A stretch of 64,000 nt of DNA from contig CP136572.1 of the NCBI GenBank assembly GCA_035193785.1, forward strand, positions 4,308,578 to 4,372,577. Reading direction: 5' to 3'. Shown here piece after piece: positions 1 to 10,700 of the stretch (within the stretch, counting starts at the first letter, position 1; every line of letters begins with the position of its first letter). A program made the translations under genes and the position numbers. The DNA is from Planktothrix sp. GU0601_MAG3 (GTDB lineage: Bacteria > Cyanobacteriota > Cyanobacteriia > Cyanobacteriales > Microcoleaceae). Below the pieces are notes generated by a model, which saw nothing but the letters and a program-made list of their open reading frames with translations, ran no database searches and had not been told where the DNA came from.

Positions 1-183
1 AATTTTAATTAATCAAAAAAAGTTAGTTAATTTTTTTTTGGATTTTAATAAAATAGACTCTCCCTAATCCTTGATTCAAGAAGTATAATTCATCAATAAA
101 ATTATTAGGGATAATCTCAGGATGATTACAACCTTGGCTGATTACCCTAATAATGGGAGAGTCAATTCTGTTAGTTTTTAGCT

Positions 184-1386
184 TTAAACCAGGGAAAGTT
201 TCTGTGCAAAAATCCGTTCAATTACTTCTTCCACGACTTTATCAGGGGTTGATGCACCGGAGGTAATTCCAACTAATATCTCCCCATCAGGAAGCCAGTT
301 TTCTTGAATTTCCAAAGACTTGCCTAACGGTTTATGCTCAATTTGGTTATCGTTTAAAATTCGTTCGGCACAGTCAATATGATAAGAAGGAATCCCCTTT
401 TCTACCGACATTTCCTGTAAATGGGTCGTATTAGAAGAATTAAAGCCCCCGATTACAACCATTAAATCCAATGGTTTATCTAATATCCCAATCATGGCAT
501 CTTGGCGTTCTTGGGTAGCATCACAAATGGTATTAAAACTTTGAAAATGAGCATTTAATTGATCGGGGCCATATTTTTTGATCATTGTATGCTCTAACAG
601 TTTGCCGATTTGTTCGGTTTCACTTTTCAGCATGGTAGTTTGGTTAGCAATCCCAATTTGTTTTAAATCTTGATCGGGATCAAAACCTGCGGAATAGGAG
701 CGACTAAATTTCGCTAAAAACTCTTGACGATCGCCTCCATTCAGAATATAATTAGACACATATTCTGCTTCTTTATAGTTCAAAATCACTAAATATTTAT
801 CGGCAAAGGAAATGGTAGCAACGGTTTCTTCATGGTTATATTTTCCATGAATAATAGAGGTATAATCTCTTTTTTTATGTTTCTCAACGCTATTCCAAAC
901 TTTAGATACCCAAGGGCAAGTGGTATCAACAATTTTACAGCCTTTTTCGTTTAAGATTTGCATTTCTTGAATGCTCGCCCCAAACGCAGGTAAAATTACC
1001 ACATCCCCAGAACCCACGACTGAAAAATCCTTCTTCCCATTTTCAACGGGAATAAACTCAACTTTCATATCCTTTAAATGTTGATTCACGGAAGGATTAT
1101 GAATAATTTCGTTGGTAATCCAAATATTTTCCGTGGGGAAATGTTGGCGGGTTTCATAGGCCATGGCTACGGCCCTTTCTACACCCCAACAAAACCCAAA
1201 GGATTGAGCCATTTGAATCGTCACATTTCCCCGTTTAATACTATAGTTATTCTCCCTAATTTCTTGAATTAAAGAACTTTGATAGGCTGAGTGCATAACA
1301 TTTGCCACTTCTTCCTGATGACCAAAGCCTTTACGATGATAGGTTTCCGAATGTTGTAAGGAACGTCTAAATGCTTTTGTATCCAT
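184..1386 (-). CDS. ispH: 4-hydroxy-3-methylbut-2-enyl diphosphate reductase
   Basis: [36 protein letters not shown] and GITSGASTP motifs, including the three Fe-S cysteines. Confidence 0.97.
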   Translation of the reverse strand: MDTKAFRRSLQHSETYHRKGFGHQEEVANVMHSAYQSSLIQEIRENNYSIKRGNVTIQMAQSFGFCWGVERAVAMAYETRQHFPTENIWITNEIIHNPSVNQHLKDMKVEFIPVENGKKDFSVVGSGDVVILPAFGASIQEMQILNEKGCKIVDTTCPWVSKVWNSVEKHKKRDYTSIIHGKYNHEETVATISFADKYLVILNYKEAEYVSNYILNGGDRQEFLAKFSRSYSAGFDPDQDLKQIGIANQTTMLKSETEQIGKLLEHTMIKKYGPDQLNAHFQSFNTICDATQERQDAMIGILDKPLDLMVVIGGFNSSNTTHLQEMSVEKGIPSYHIDCAERILNDNQIEHKPLGKSLEIQENWLPDGEILVGITSGASTPDKVVEEVIERIFAQKLSLV

Positions 1387-1425
1387 TTTTTTATCTTTAA
1401 CTCAGGTGCATGGTCATTGATGATC

Positions 1426-2218
1426 TTAAACTACCACGGCCTCAGAAAACACGCCCCAAGGGGTTGAATACTCGGCCTCAATGGTCTGCAATTCCGCATC
1501 TGAGAGAGCCTCTATCACCCATTCTCCCCCAAACCAACAACGGGCTGCTACCCCCAAAACATCGATAACCGTTGAAACCAACTCCTCTGCTGACGGTAAA
1601 GTGCTTAAGGTCGGTGAGGGCATTTCCACACCAAACACCTGACGAAACAGTTCCGCATCGGGAGTTAACCGAATCGAGCCATGTTGTAGAATTGTCCCAT
1701 TTCCCTTGAGTTGGGCACTGCCAATTAATTTAGTGCCATCGGATAGGACTAAATCGGCGGCGGTGGCGGTGGCGAAACAGTTGGGGTTGTGAATATATCC
1801 CCGTTCAGCAGAAACCATAGTGGAGTTCATAGCCGAGCGATCGCCATCCTTCAATTAAAAATTGGCATAATGTTTGATAGACTGCCCTAGAATTTCCCGG
1901 CAATTCTGAGGCAATCACCGCATAGGTTAAATCTCCTTGATGTAAAACTGCCCGACCTCCGGTGGGACGTTTAACTAAGTTTAAAGGTTGGTTTTGCCAA
2001 GTTAATTGTTGCCAATGTTCTGGCCAAGATTTCTGATGATAACCTAAAGAAATACTCGCGGGTTCCCAAAGATAAAACCGTAAAGTGGGCGGATGTTTTC
2101 CCTGTTGATGTTGACGAAACAACCAATGGTCAATTGCCATTTGTAACTGTCCCGAGGCTTTCAATACAGGAATTAAACGCCAAATATTAGACTCCGAACT
2201 CGGCTTGTAAGCTATCAT
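1426..2218 (-). CDS. Lipoate-protein ligase A family protein (one indel near 1810-1850)
   Basis: Overlapping ORFs 1805..2245 (MAIDHWL, RPTGGRAVLHQGDLTYA) and 1426..1854 (NPNCF, KLIGSAQ, LQHGSI) form one BPL/LplA domain. Confidence 0.85.
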
Positions 2219-2664
2219 CGTTATTATCGGCAATTGTCGCCACAATGGTAATTAGGCGGGAGATTTCAGTGGCAGATATTTCTGCTAAAGAGCGGTTTGA
2301 TAAAACTACAACTTGATCATTCGTAATTGCAAAATGGGATTCTAAAGTAGATAACCAGTTCATTTCTAATAGTCTCCGCATTAACTGGTTTTCATTTTTG
2401 ACCGGAAATTTTAGTACCGTCGCCCAAACCGTCAAGGTATCTTCATCGGTTTCTCCGGTGAGTTGCACAAAAACTTCGACACTACCATATTCAAACTGCC
2501 AAACCTTACCCGCCTCGGACTGTCCGACCATCACATTTTGGTCTTGAGCTAACCCGATGAGGACGTTTTCAATTTCTTCTGAGGGCCGGAAGGTGGCCAT
2601 GGCATTATCAATCAGTTTCTGCGTCAGTCTCAGTCGTTAACGATGCTTGTTCTGTATTTGTCAT
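2187..2664 (-). CDS. YbjN-like (type III secretion chaperone fold) protein
   Basis: ORF 2187..2600 (WQFEYGSVEVFV...LLEMNW) resembles cyanobacterial YbjN proteins; an upstream ATG at 2664 joins after one indel. Confidence 0.7.
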
Positions 2665-2726
2665 AATACTTTTACTAGCTTTTAATTGAATTGTATCGTA
2701 ACTAGCCCTGCCTTTGCGAAGCCTAT

Positions 2727-3269
2727 TTAACTAAGTAATCTTTCTACAGATATCTCAATATTTGGAAAAGCTAAGGGGGTAATCATCCCTTGATTAATCA
2801 TTTGTTGACTCAAATAGGTGTTATTTTCGGGATTTTTTAATACAATTAATTGTTTTTGGGATAAATCCAAAACCCAATATTCTTGAATTTTAGCTTGAGC
2901 ATAAATTGATAATTTTAATTCTAAATCTTTTTTTAAACTACTTTTAGCCACTTCTATGATCCAAAAAATATCCTCACTATAGGGATGATGATCTTTATAG
3001 GTTGACTTGGGTAGTCGGACAATAGCAATATCGGGTTCGGGTTCAGAGTCTAAAATGGTAATGGGGCCATTAAAACGAACATGAGCTTTACTTGCTAACA
3101 AGGTTTGTAAGTATTGTGTACCTTCCTCAGCCGTATAATAATGAATCGGAGTTTCTGGACTCATTTCAATAATTTCACCTGCTAATAGTTCAACTTGGCG
3201 ATCGCATAAAATCCCAGCATCAATCATCTGGTGATAATCCTCTACAGACCATTTTGCTAACGTCTTCAT
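2727..3269 (-). CDS. Uma2 family (DUF820) PD-(D/E)XK protein
   Basis: WSVEDYHQM...VELLAGEII, SEPEPDIAIV, IIEVA, K..IYA...IQEYWVLDL. Confidence 0.93.
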   Translation of the reverse strand: MKTLAKWSVEDYHQMIDAGILCDRQVELLAGEIIEMSPETPIHYYTAEEGTQYLQTLLASKAHVRFNGPITILDSEPEPDIAIVRLPKSTYKDHHPYSEDIFWIIEVAKSSLKKDLELKLSIYAQAKIQEYWVLDLSQKQLIVLKNPENNTYLSQQMINQGMITPLAFPNIEISVERLLS

Positions 3270-3393
3270 GGCAGAAATACCTGTTTTAATTATGGATTTG
3301 AGTTATTCCTATATTAACATTTTTTAGGGAGTTGCCACAAATCTAATAACTGTCTTACAATTAAAGTAAGTTTAGAATCCTAATTAACTGATC

Positions 3394-4269
3394 ATGCAGC
3401 AACTTTCTATAGCATTCAAAAATATTGATCAATTTCCTTATCACAACTATATTTCTAATCAATTAGATCAAAAACCCTGCTTTATTTCAAAACAGGGAGT
3501 GCTTTTTGAAGAAGATTGTATAACGCTTTTAAAACAGATCAATAACAGTGTAGCTGATGTTGTTTTTGCTGATCCGCCCTTTAATTTAGGGAAAAAATAT
3601 GGCAAAAAGCATAATGATAGCCTCGAAGATAGTGAATATCTAAACTGGTGTTATATCTGGCTGGATGAATGTTGCCGGATTCTTAAAGATGGGGGTAGTT
3701 TATTTATTTACAATTTACCTAAATGGAATATGTTGTTAGGCTCTTATTTAATGAATAATGGTTTAACTTTTAGACATTGGATTACTATTAGTCAAAAATC
3801 GAGTTTACCTATTCCTGGGCGATTATATCCTAGCCATTATAGTCTTTTATATTATACAAAAGGCAAGCCAAAAGTATTCCGTAAAATTAGAACACCCATA
3901 GAAACTTGCCGTCATTGTGGGGGTGAAATTAAAGATTATGGCGGTCATCGTCATGCAATGAACCCATTAGGAGTCAATTTAACTGATGTTTGGACAGACA
4001 TTCCTCCTGTGCGTCATTGGAAATTCAAAAGTAAAAAACGGACAACTAATCAACTCTCAACCAAGATTTTAGATCGAGTCATTGAAATGTCAAGTTTACC
4101 CGGAGATTTAATTATTGATCCCTTTGGCGGAAGTGGAACAACTTATGCAGTTTGTGAAGCTACAGGTCGCCATTGGATCGGCATGGAAATTCAAAATTGT
4201 GATGTGATTATTGAACGGTTAACAGAAGGAAATCTACACTATCATAAAAATAATGATAGTGTAAATTAA
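3394..4269 (+). CDS. Beta-class DNA amino-methyltransferase, M.BamHI-like, orphan
   Basis: Catalytic DPPF precedes SAM-binding DPFGGSGTT; segments RLYPSHYSLLYY and CRHCGGEIKDYGG..MNP.G..L.DVW resemble M.BamHI as I recall it. Confidence 0.88.
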   Translation: MQQLSIAFKNIDQFPYHNYISNQLDQKPCFISKQGVLFEEDCITLLKQINNSVADVVFADPPFNLGKKYGKKHNDSLEDSEYLNWCYIWLDECCRILKDGGSLFIYNLPKWNMLLGSYLMNNGLTFRHWITISQKSSLPIPGRLYPSHYSLLYYTKGKPKVFRKIRTPIETCRHCGGEIKDYGGHRHAMNPLGVNLTDVWTDIPPVRHWKFKSKKRTTNQLSTKILDRVIEMSSLPGDLIIDPFGGSGTTYAVCEATGRHWIGMEIQNCDVIIERLTEGNLHYHKNNDSVN

Positions 4270-4278
4270 TTCCTACTT

Positions 4279-5502
4279 TTATTTTTCAGGAATTTCTTGA
4301 TCAATAAAAATTTTAATTGCTAGATCTCCTACCGCCTTAGTTGCCACAGTATTAGTTGCTACGGAAATTATACTACCAACGCCAGGTATAAATTTAGCAG
4401 CTTCTCCACTCAGTGTAGTTAATCCCCAATTAGCACCTAAACCTGCACCTGCTGTGGCTATAAAGCTTGCTACTGTTTCTTCTGAAAAATCACGTCCACT
4501 TAAGTATCCAATAGACATTACCATAATTGTTTGAATAGCTCCAATAATGGGGAACGAAAGTCCCGGAATCGGATTCAGACTAATCACTAAAGACAAAGCA
4601 GAACAAGTATCAACTACACTGAGAGCTTGCTTACGTTGAAAGTCTTTAATTTTTGATGTTCTTGCCATCGAGGTGGTTGTTTCTTTGGGAAGATATTTAA
4701 GCATCTCTTTAACTAAGGTTTCAATATTCCATCTTCCATCGAACTCTGGATCTATTTCCGCACCTTCACCTTCATAATACTCCGCATAAGTAACAGTAGG
4801 AACAACATTATTTTTAATATCAATAAAGTTAGATTTCTTTTGGGACTTAACTAGATGATTCATTAGAAATGTCTGGGACGGTCGCGTCAGTTCAAGTTTT
4901 GCTTGATTATCCAGTTTCTCCCACCTTGAGCCATAGACTAACTGATCACAATGGGTCAATACACAAATCAAAGGAAGTTTGCGAGAATATTTTTCATAAA
5001 TTACTTGATATACCTCATTAAGATCTTGTAAATCTCCTTCAACTCCTGAACTAACATCACTGGCTTTACAAAGAAAGAGAATTAAATCAGGAGAATATTT
5101 ATTCACAGCATTCATAATACTCTTAAGTGGAGTTTCTGCTGAATCTTTCTCAAGAGGATTTGTTTGTTCTTGAAAGCCTCTTGTGTCTAAAATATGAATA
5201 ATTTCACGACTATCATACTGATTATAGTATGTTTTCCATTGAGCCTGTCCAGTTTGAGGCTCAATCATACTTACCTCAGCTACTTTTCCTCCACAAATAG
5301 CATTGATTAGAGATGATTTACCGGACTTACAACGACCAACAACCATGATACGAGGAGGACGCATTTCTAGGGTCAAATCAAGAAGTTCATCTAAATATTT
5401 GTTGATGTCCTGTTGATAAGGAACCCAATCAGGAATAGAGGACACTAACTTTTTCAGTGCTGTAACCGAGGGTTCAATCGGATGATTTTGAACTTCAGAC
5501 AT
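4279..5502 (-). CDS. Era-like GTPase with C-terminal hydrophobic (DUF697-like) helices
   Basis: G1 GRCKSGKSS, G3 DTRG, G4 THCD; C-terminal NPIPG and KFIPGVGS helices. Confidence 0.8.
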   Translation of the reverse strand: MSEVQNHPIEPSVTALKKLVSSIPDWVPYQQDINKYLDELLDLTLEMRPPRIMVVGRCKSGKSSLINAICGGKVAEVSMIEPQTGQAQWKTYYNQYDSREIIHILDTRGFQEQTNPLEKDSAETPLKSIMNAVNKYSPDLILFLCKASDVSSGVEGDLQDLNEVYQVIYEKYSRKLPLICVLTHCDQLVYGSRWEKLDNQAKLELTRPSQTFLMNHLVKSQKKSNFIDIKNNVVPTVTYAEYYEGEGAEIDPEFDGRWNIETLVKEMLKYLPKETTTSMARTSKIKDFQRKQALSVVDTCSALSLVISLNPIPGLSFPIIGAIQTIMVMSIGYLSGRDFSEETVASFIATAGAGLGANWGLTTLSGEAAKFIPGVGSIISVATNTVATKAVGDLAIKIFIDQEIPEK

Positions 5503-5579
5503 ACAATAACCAATTTAAGATGATATTAATTTTAACCGCTAAAATCAAAAAATAAGTCTATAAAACCTTAACCTAACCC

Positions 5580-7498
5580 ATGACTCTAACGCCCTCAGTA
5601 GAATTTTTAGATGAATTTGACATTATTGTAGTCGGGGCCGGACATTCCGGTTGCGAAGCGGCACTAGCGACAGCCCGGTTGGGAAGCCGTACCCTGCTCC
5701 TAACCCTCAACCTGGATAAAATCGCTTGGCAACCCTGCAACCCGGCCGTTGGAGGCCCTGCTAAGTCCCAACTCGTCCATGAAGTCGATGCTTTGGGGGG
5801 AGAAATTGGCAAAATGGCCGACCGTATACCTATTTGCAAAAACGGGTGCTGAATATTTCCCGTGGCCCGGCGGTGTGGGCTTTACGCGCCCAAACGGATA
5901 AACGGGAATATGCGGCGGTGATGAAAAATATTGTGGAAAATCAGGATAATCTTACCGTCCGAGAAGGGATGGTGACGGATTTAATTTTAGGTAAAAATCA
6001 AGAAATTATTGGGGTAGAAACCTATTTTGGAGTGGCTTTTAAATGTCGGGCGGTGATATTAACAACGGGGACATTTTTAGGCGGAATAATTTGGGTTGGG
6101 AATAAATCAATGGCGGCGGGACGGGCGGGAGAATTTGCCGCCGTTGGGTTAACAGAAACCCTCAACCGTTTAGGCTTTGAAACCGGACGATTAAAAACCG
6201 GAACTCCGGCGCGAGTTGATAAACGTTCTGTAGATTATTCTAAATTAGAACCCCAACCCGGAGATACAGAAGTTCGCTGGTTTAGTTTCGACCCAGAAGT
6301 ACAAATTCAACGGGAACAAATGTGTTGTCATTTGACTCGAACTACGGCGGAAACCCACCGAATTATTCGAGAAAATTTGCATTTATCTCCGGTTTATGGC
6401 GGTTGGGTGGATGCGAAGGGCCCCCGATATTGTCCGAGTATTGAAGATAAAATTGTTAGATTTGCGGATAAAGAAAGTCATCAAATTTTTATCGAGCCCG
6501 AAGGTAGAGATATTCCTGAATTATATATTCAAGGATTTTCCACGGGCTTACCAGAAACCTTGCAATTGCAAATGTTAAGAAGTCTTCCGGGGTTAGAAAA
6601 TTGTGCCATGTTGCGTCCGGCCTATGCGGTGGAATACGATTATTTACCCGCAACTCAATGTTATCCAACTTTGATGACCAAGAAAGTTGAGGGGCTATTT
6701 TGTGCGGGACAAATTAATGGTACAACCGGATATGAAGAAGCCGCAGCCCAGGGTTTAGTGGCGGGAATTAATGCGGTAAGATTTGTTAAACATCAAGAGA
6801 TGATTGTATTTTCCCGGGAACAAAGTTACATTGGAACATTAATTGATGATTTGTGTACAAAAGACCTGCGAGAACCCTATCGGGTGTTAACCAGTCGGTC
6901 GGAATATCGGTTATTATTAAGGTCGGATAATGCCGATGAACGATTAACACCTTTGGGTCGAGAAATTGGGTTAATTGATGATCGTCGCTGGGCGTTATTT
7001 GAACGGAAACAAGGGAATATTATTGGGGAAAAGGAACGATTATATGCTACTCGAATTAAGGAAAATGATCCGGTGGGAATAGCGATTGTTAATGATACCC
7101 AACAAAAAATCAAAGGGTCAATTACCCTAGCGGATTTATTACGCCGTCCGGGGTTGCATTACGTTGATTTAGAACGGTATAATTTAGGTAATAATCTCTT
7201 AAATCAAGTGGAAAAAGAAGGGGCAGAAATTGAGATTAAATATTCAGGATATTTGCAAAGGCAACAAAACCAAGTTGACCAAATTAGTCGCCAATCTAAT
7301 CGACCCTTATCGGAAGATTTAAACTATCTTAAAATCGAAACTTTGTCAATGGAGGCACGGGAAAAGTTAATGAAAGTTAAACCATTAACCATTGGTCAAG
7401 CATCGAGAATTGGGGGAGTAAATCCGGCGGATATTAATGCTTTATTAATTTATTTGGAGGTGCGAAATCGTCAAGAAACGGTGAGTCTTAATTCCTAA
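5580..7498 (+). CDS. mnmG: tRNA uridine-5-carboxymethylaminomethyl modification enzyme MnmG (indel near 5825)
   Basis: [33 protein letters not shown] and [17 protein letters not shown] across ORFs 5580..5852 and 5834..7498. Confidence 0.96.
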
Positions 7499-7515
7499 TC
7501 TGAATTGGTGTTTAT

Positions 7516-7547
7516 GGGTTGAGTTAAGGGATTGCTCAACTCAACCC
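7516..7547 (+). terminator. Stem-loop after mnmG
   Basis: 10-bp inverted repeat GGGTTGAGTT/AACTCAACCC just after the stop codon; no clear U tract. Confidence 0.5.
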
Positions 7548-7765
7548 AGGAATATTCTATATTAATCATCTGCCTAACTCTACAAGGGGGAGGGTGTCAA
7601 TGCTAAGATCAAGGAATTGTTGAATTAGGAATTTAAGCCCATCGCAGCTTAGACTATTGTAATGGGACAAGCCTATTTTGTTGATTCTATTAAGGGTAAA
7701 GGATTTGAGGGTGCAGCTATCTTACCCGCAATCTAAAGTTTAGTTCTACCAGCCATTAATCAACT

Positions 7766-10700
7766 ATGCCAGGTGTACGAGTCGGGTTACTGCATTCTCT
7801 GAGTGGAGCGATGGCCTATAGGGAAAAGCCTTTGCTAGAGGCGGAATTAATGACCATTGCCCAAATTAATGCTCAAGGGGGGGTTTTAGGGCAAATCATT
7901 GAAACCCGCGATTGAGGATGGTGCCTCAGACTGCTTCACCTTTGAACAAAAGGCCCGAAAATTAGTTAAACAGGACGGTATTACGACCCTGTTTGGCTGT
8001 TGGACGACCGCCAGTCGTCACGGGGTTAAACCGGTGCTCGAAGCCTTTAATGCTCAACTTTGGTATCCGGCTTCCTACGAAGGGTTAGAAAATTGTAGCC
8101 AAATTTTCTACACCGGATTTTGTGCGAATCAGCAGGTTGAATTAACGATTAGTTGGTTATTGCAAAACCAGAAAACCCGATGTTATTTATTGGGTTGGGA
8201 TCAGGTGTCTTCCCATACCTTAAATAAACTAATGAAAGTCCACCTTAAACATCACGGTGGGGAGGTAGTTGGAGAGGCCTATGTTCCGTCTTCAACGATG
8301 GATTTTGAACCGATTATTACTAGGATTCGACAGTCGCAACCGGATATTATTATTAATACCCTCAGAGGCGATCGCAATTTAAGTTTTTATCGCCAATTTT
8401 ATGAAAGTGGAATTAGGGCCTCTGATTTACCAATTTTAGCAACCTCCCTCTCGGAATTGGAGGTGCAAAAACTTCAAGAGGCTGCCATTGGTCACTTCAG
8501 TTGTTTTCATTATTTTCAAAGTTTAAATACCCCAGAAAATCATCAATTTGTTCAAGCGTTTAAACGTTTTTATGGAGAAGAACGGGTTATTAATAACTCT
8601 ATGGCAACCGCCTATACTCAAATTCATCTCTGGAAACAAGCCGTTGAATTAGCTGAATCTTTTGATGTAGAACAGGTGAGAATTGCAGCTTATGGACAGA
8701 GCTTTTTGTCTCCTGGGGGGTTAGTTCGTTTAGAAACCAATCATCATGTTGCTAAGGTTTGTCGTATTGGTCAGGTATTACCCAATCAGCAATTTGAGGT
8801 TTTATATACCAGTGAAAAACTGATTAAACCATTGCCTTGGTTGGGGTTTGATGAAGATAATTTTAATGCTTCTGGTATTGTTTTTGAGTTATTATCTGAG
8901 GTGAGTCAAGGCATTGAAAGAGCCGAACAATTAGAACAAAAATCCATTGATTTAGAAGCGACAAAGGCACAACTCCAGCAGGAAATTGAAACCCGCAAAC
9001 AGTTTGAATTAGCACTCCAAAAAGCTAATGAACAATTAGAAAAAAAGGTAGCAGAACGCACCGCGGCATTAAGAGAATCAAATGATAATTTAGTCCAAGA
9101 AATTGTCCAGCATCAACAATCGGAAAATGCCCTACGCATGGCTAGGGATCAACTGCAAACGGTTTTAGACGCGGTTCCCGGGACGGTTTCTTGGATTGAC
9201 TCAGACTTGTGTTATATCGAAGTGAATCAACAATTAGCGGAGATGCTCAACCTTCCTCGCGAGAGTTTTATGGGTCAACATATTGGATTTTTAGGAAACC
9301 AGTTCCGAATTCCAAGATTTTGTTCAAGATTTATTTGATAGTCAGGAAATTGACGCCTATCGAGAAGTTAAAAATCAAGTGAATGGGGAATGGCGATATT
9401 ATTTAATTGTAGCCCAAAAATATGCTCAAAATCGAGCCGCTTTTGTGGTGGGAATTGACATTACTGATCGCAAACAAGCTGAAGAATCTTTGGTAAATGC
9501 TAAAAATCAACTACAAACGGTCTTAGAAGCGGTTCCCGGGACGGTTTCTTGGATTGACTCAGACCTGTGTTATATCGAAGTGAATCAACGATTGGCGGGG
9601 ATGCTTAACCTTCCTCGGGAGAGTTTTATCGGTCAACATATTGGATTTTTAGGAACCAGTTCCGAATTCCAAGATTTTGTTCAAGATTTATTTGATAGTC
9701 AGGAAATTGACGCCTATCGAGAAGTTAAAAATCAAGTGAATGGAGAATGGCGACATTATTTGATTGTGGCTCAAAAATATGCTCAAAATCGAGCCGCTTT
9801 TGTGGTGGGAATTGATATTACTGATCGCAAACAAGCTGAAGAATCTTTGATTAATGCTAAAAATCAACTACAAACAGTATTAGAAGCGGTTCCAGGGACG
9901 GTTTCTTGGATTAGTTCAGACCTACGTTATATTGAAGTTAATCAACAGTTGGCAGATATGTTTAGTATGCCTAGAGAAACTTTTATTAATCAACATATTG
10001 GTTTTTTAGGCAATCATTCAGGGTTTACTGAATTTATCCATGATTTATTTAATAGTTCTGCGATTGATGCCTTTAAAGAGGTTTCATTTGTCCTGAATAA
10101 CAAGTTACGATATTATTTAATTGTTGCCCAAAAATATAATCAAAATCAAGCCGCCTTTGTGGTGGGAATTGATATTACCGAACGTCGGGACGCGGAAGAA
10201 GCATTAAGACTGACTCAAGACCAATTAGAAGCCGTATTAGATGTGGTTCCGGGTACGGTTTCTTGGATTAGTTCGGATCTCCGGTATTTGGGAGTTAATC
10301 GTTATTTAGCATCGACCTTTGACCTGCAACCAGAAGATTTTGTTAATCAAGATATTGGGTTTTTAAAAGCTAGTTTTGAGTTTAATGATTTTGTCCAAAA
10401 CTTTTTTGATAGTCCCCAAAAAGATTCCTATCAAGAAGTTATGTCTGTGATTCAAGGTAAATCTCGAAATTATTTAATTGTTGCCCATAAATATAGTCAA
10501 AATCAAGCGGCTTTCTTTGTCGGAATTGATATTACCGAACGCAAACAAGCAGAAGAAGCCCTAAAACAAGCAGAAGCTAACTATCGCAGTATTTTTGAGA
10601 ATGCTGTTGAAGGCATATTTCAAACCACACCCACAGGAATTTATTTAAGTGCAAATCCGGCTTTAGCTCGAATTTACGGTTATCAATCTCCCGAAGAATT

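Noticed and set aside
56..163. Retron msr-msd
   Set aside because: Outer inverted repeats are suggestive, but no reverse transcriptase is visible in the window; kept only as a generic structured-RNA candidate.
2727..4269. Uma2 gene as the cognate restriction enzyme of the methyltransferase
   Set aside because: Uma2/DUF820 genes are highly multicopy in cyanobacteria; it is divergently oriented and unlike known type II partners.
5580..7498. Programmed frameshifting or pseudogenisation of mnmG and other split genes
   Set aside because: Too many unrelated and essential genes are affected and no shared slippery motif is evident; sequencing error is simpler.
7560..7766. NtcA site upstream of the UrtA-like cyclase
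   Set aside because: I could not find a convincing GTA-N8-TAC by eye.
9150..9870. DGR template/variable repeat pair
   Set aside because: The repeats are tandem in-frame PAS units, differences are not confined to adenines, and there is no reverse transcriptase.
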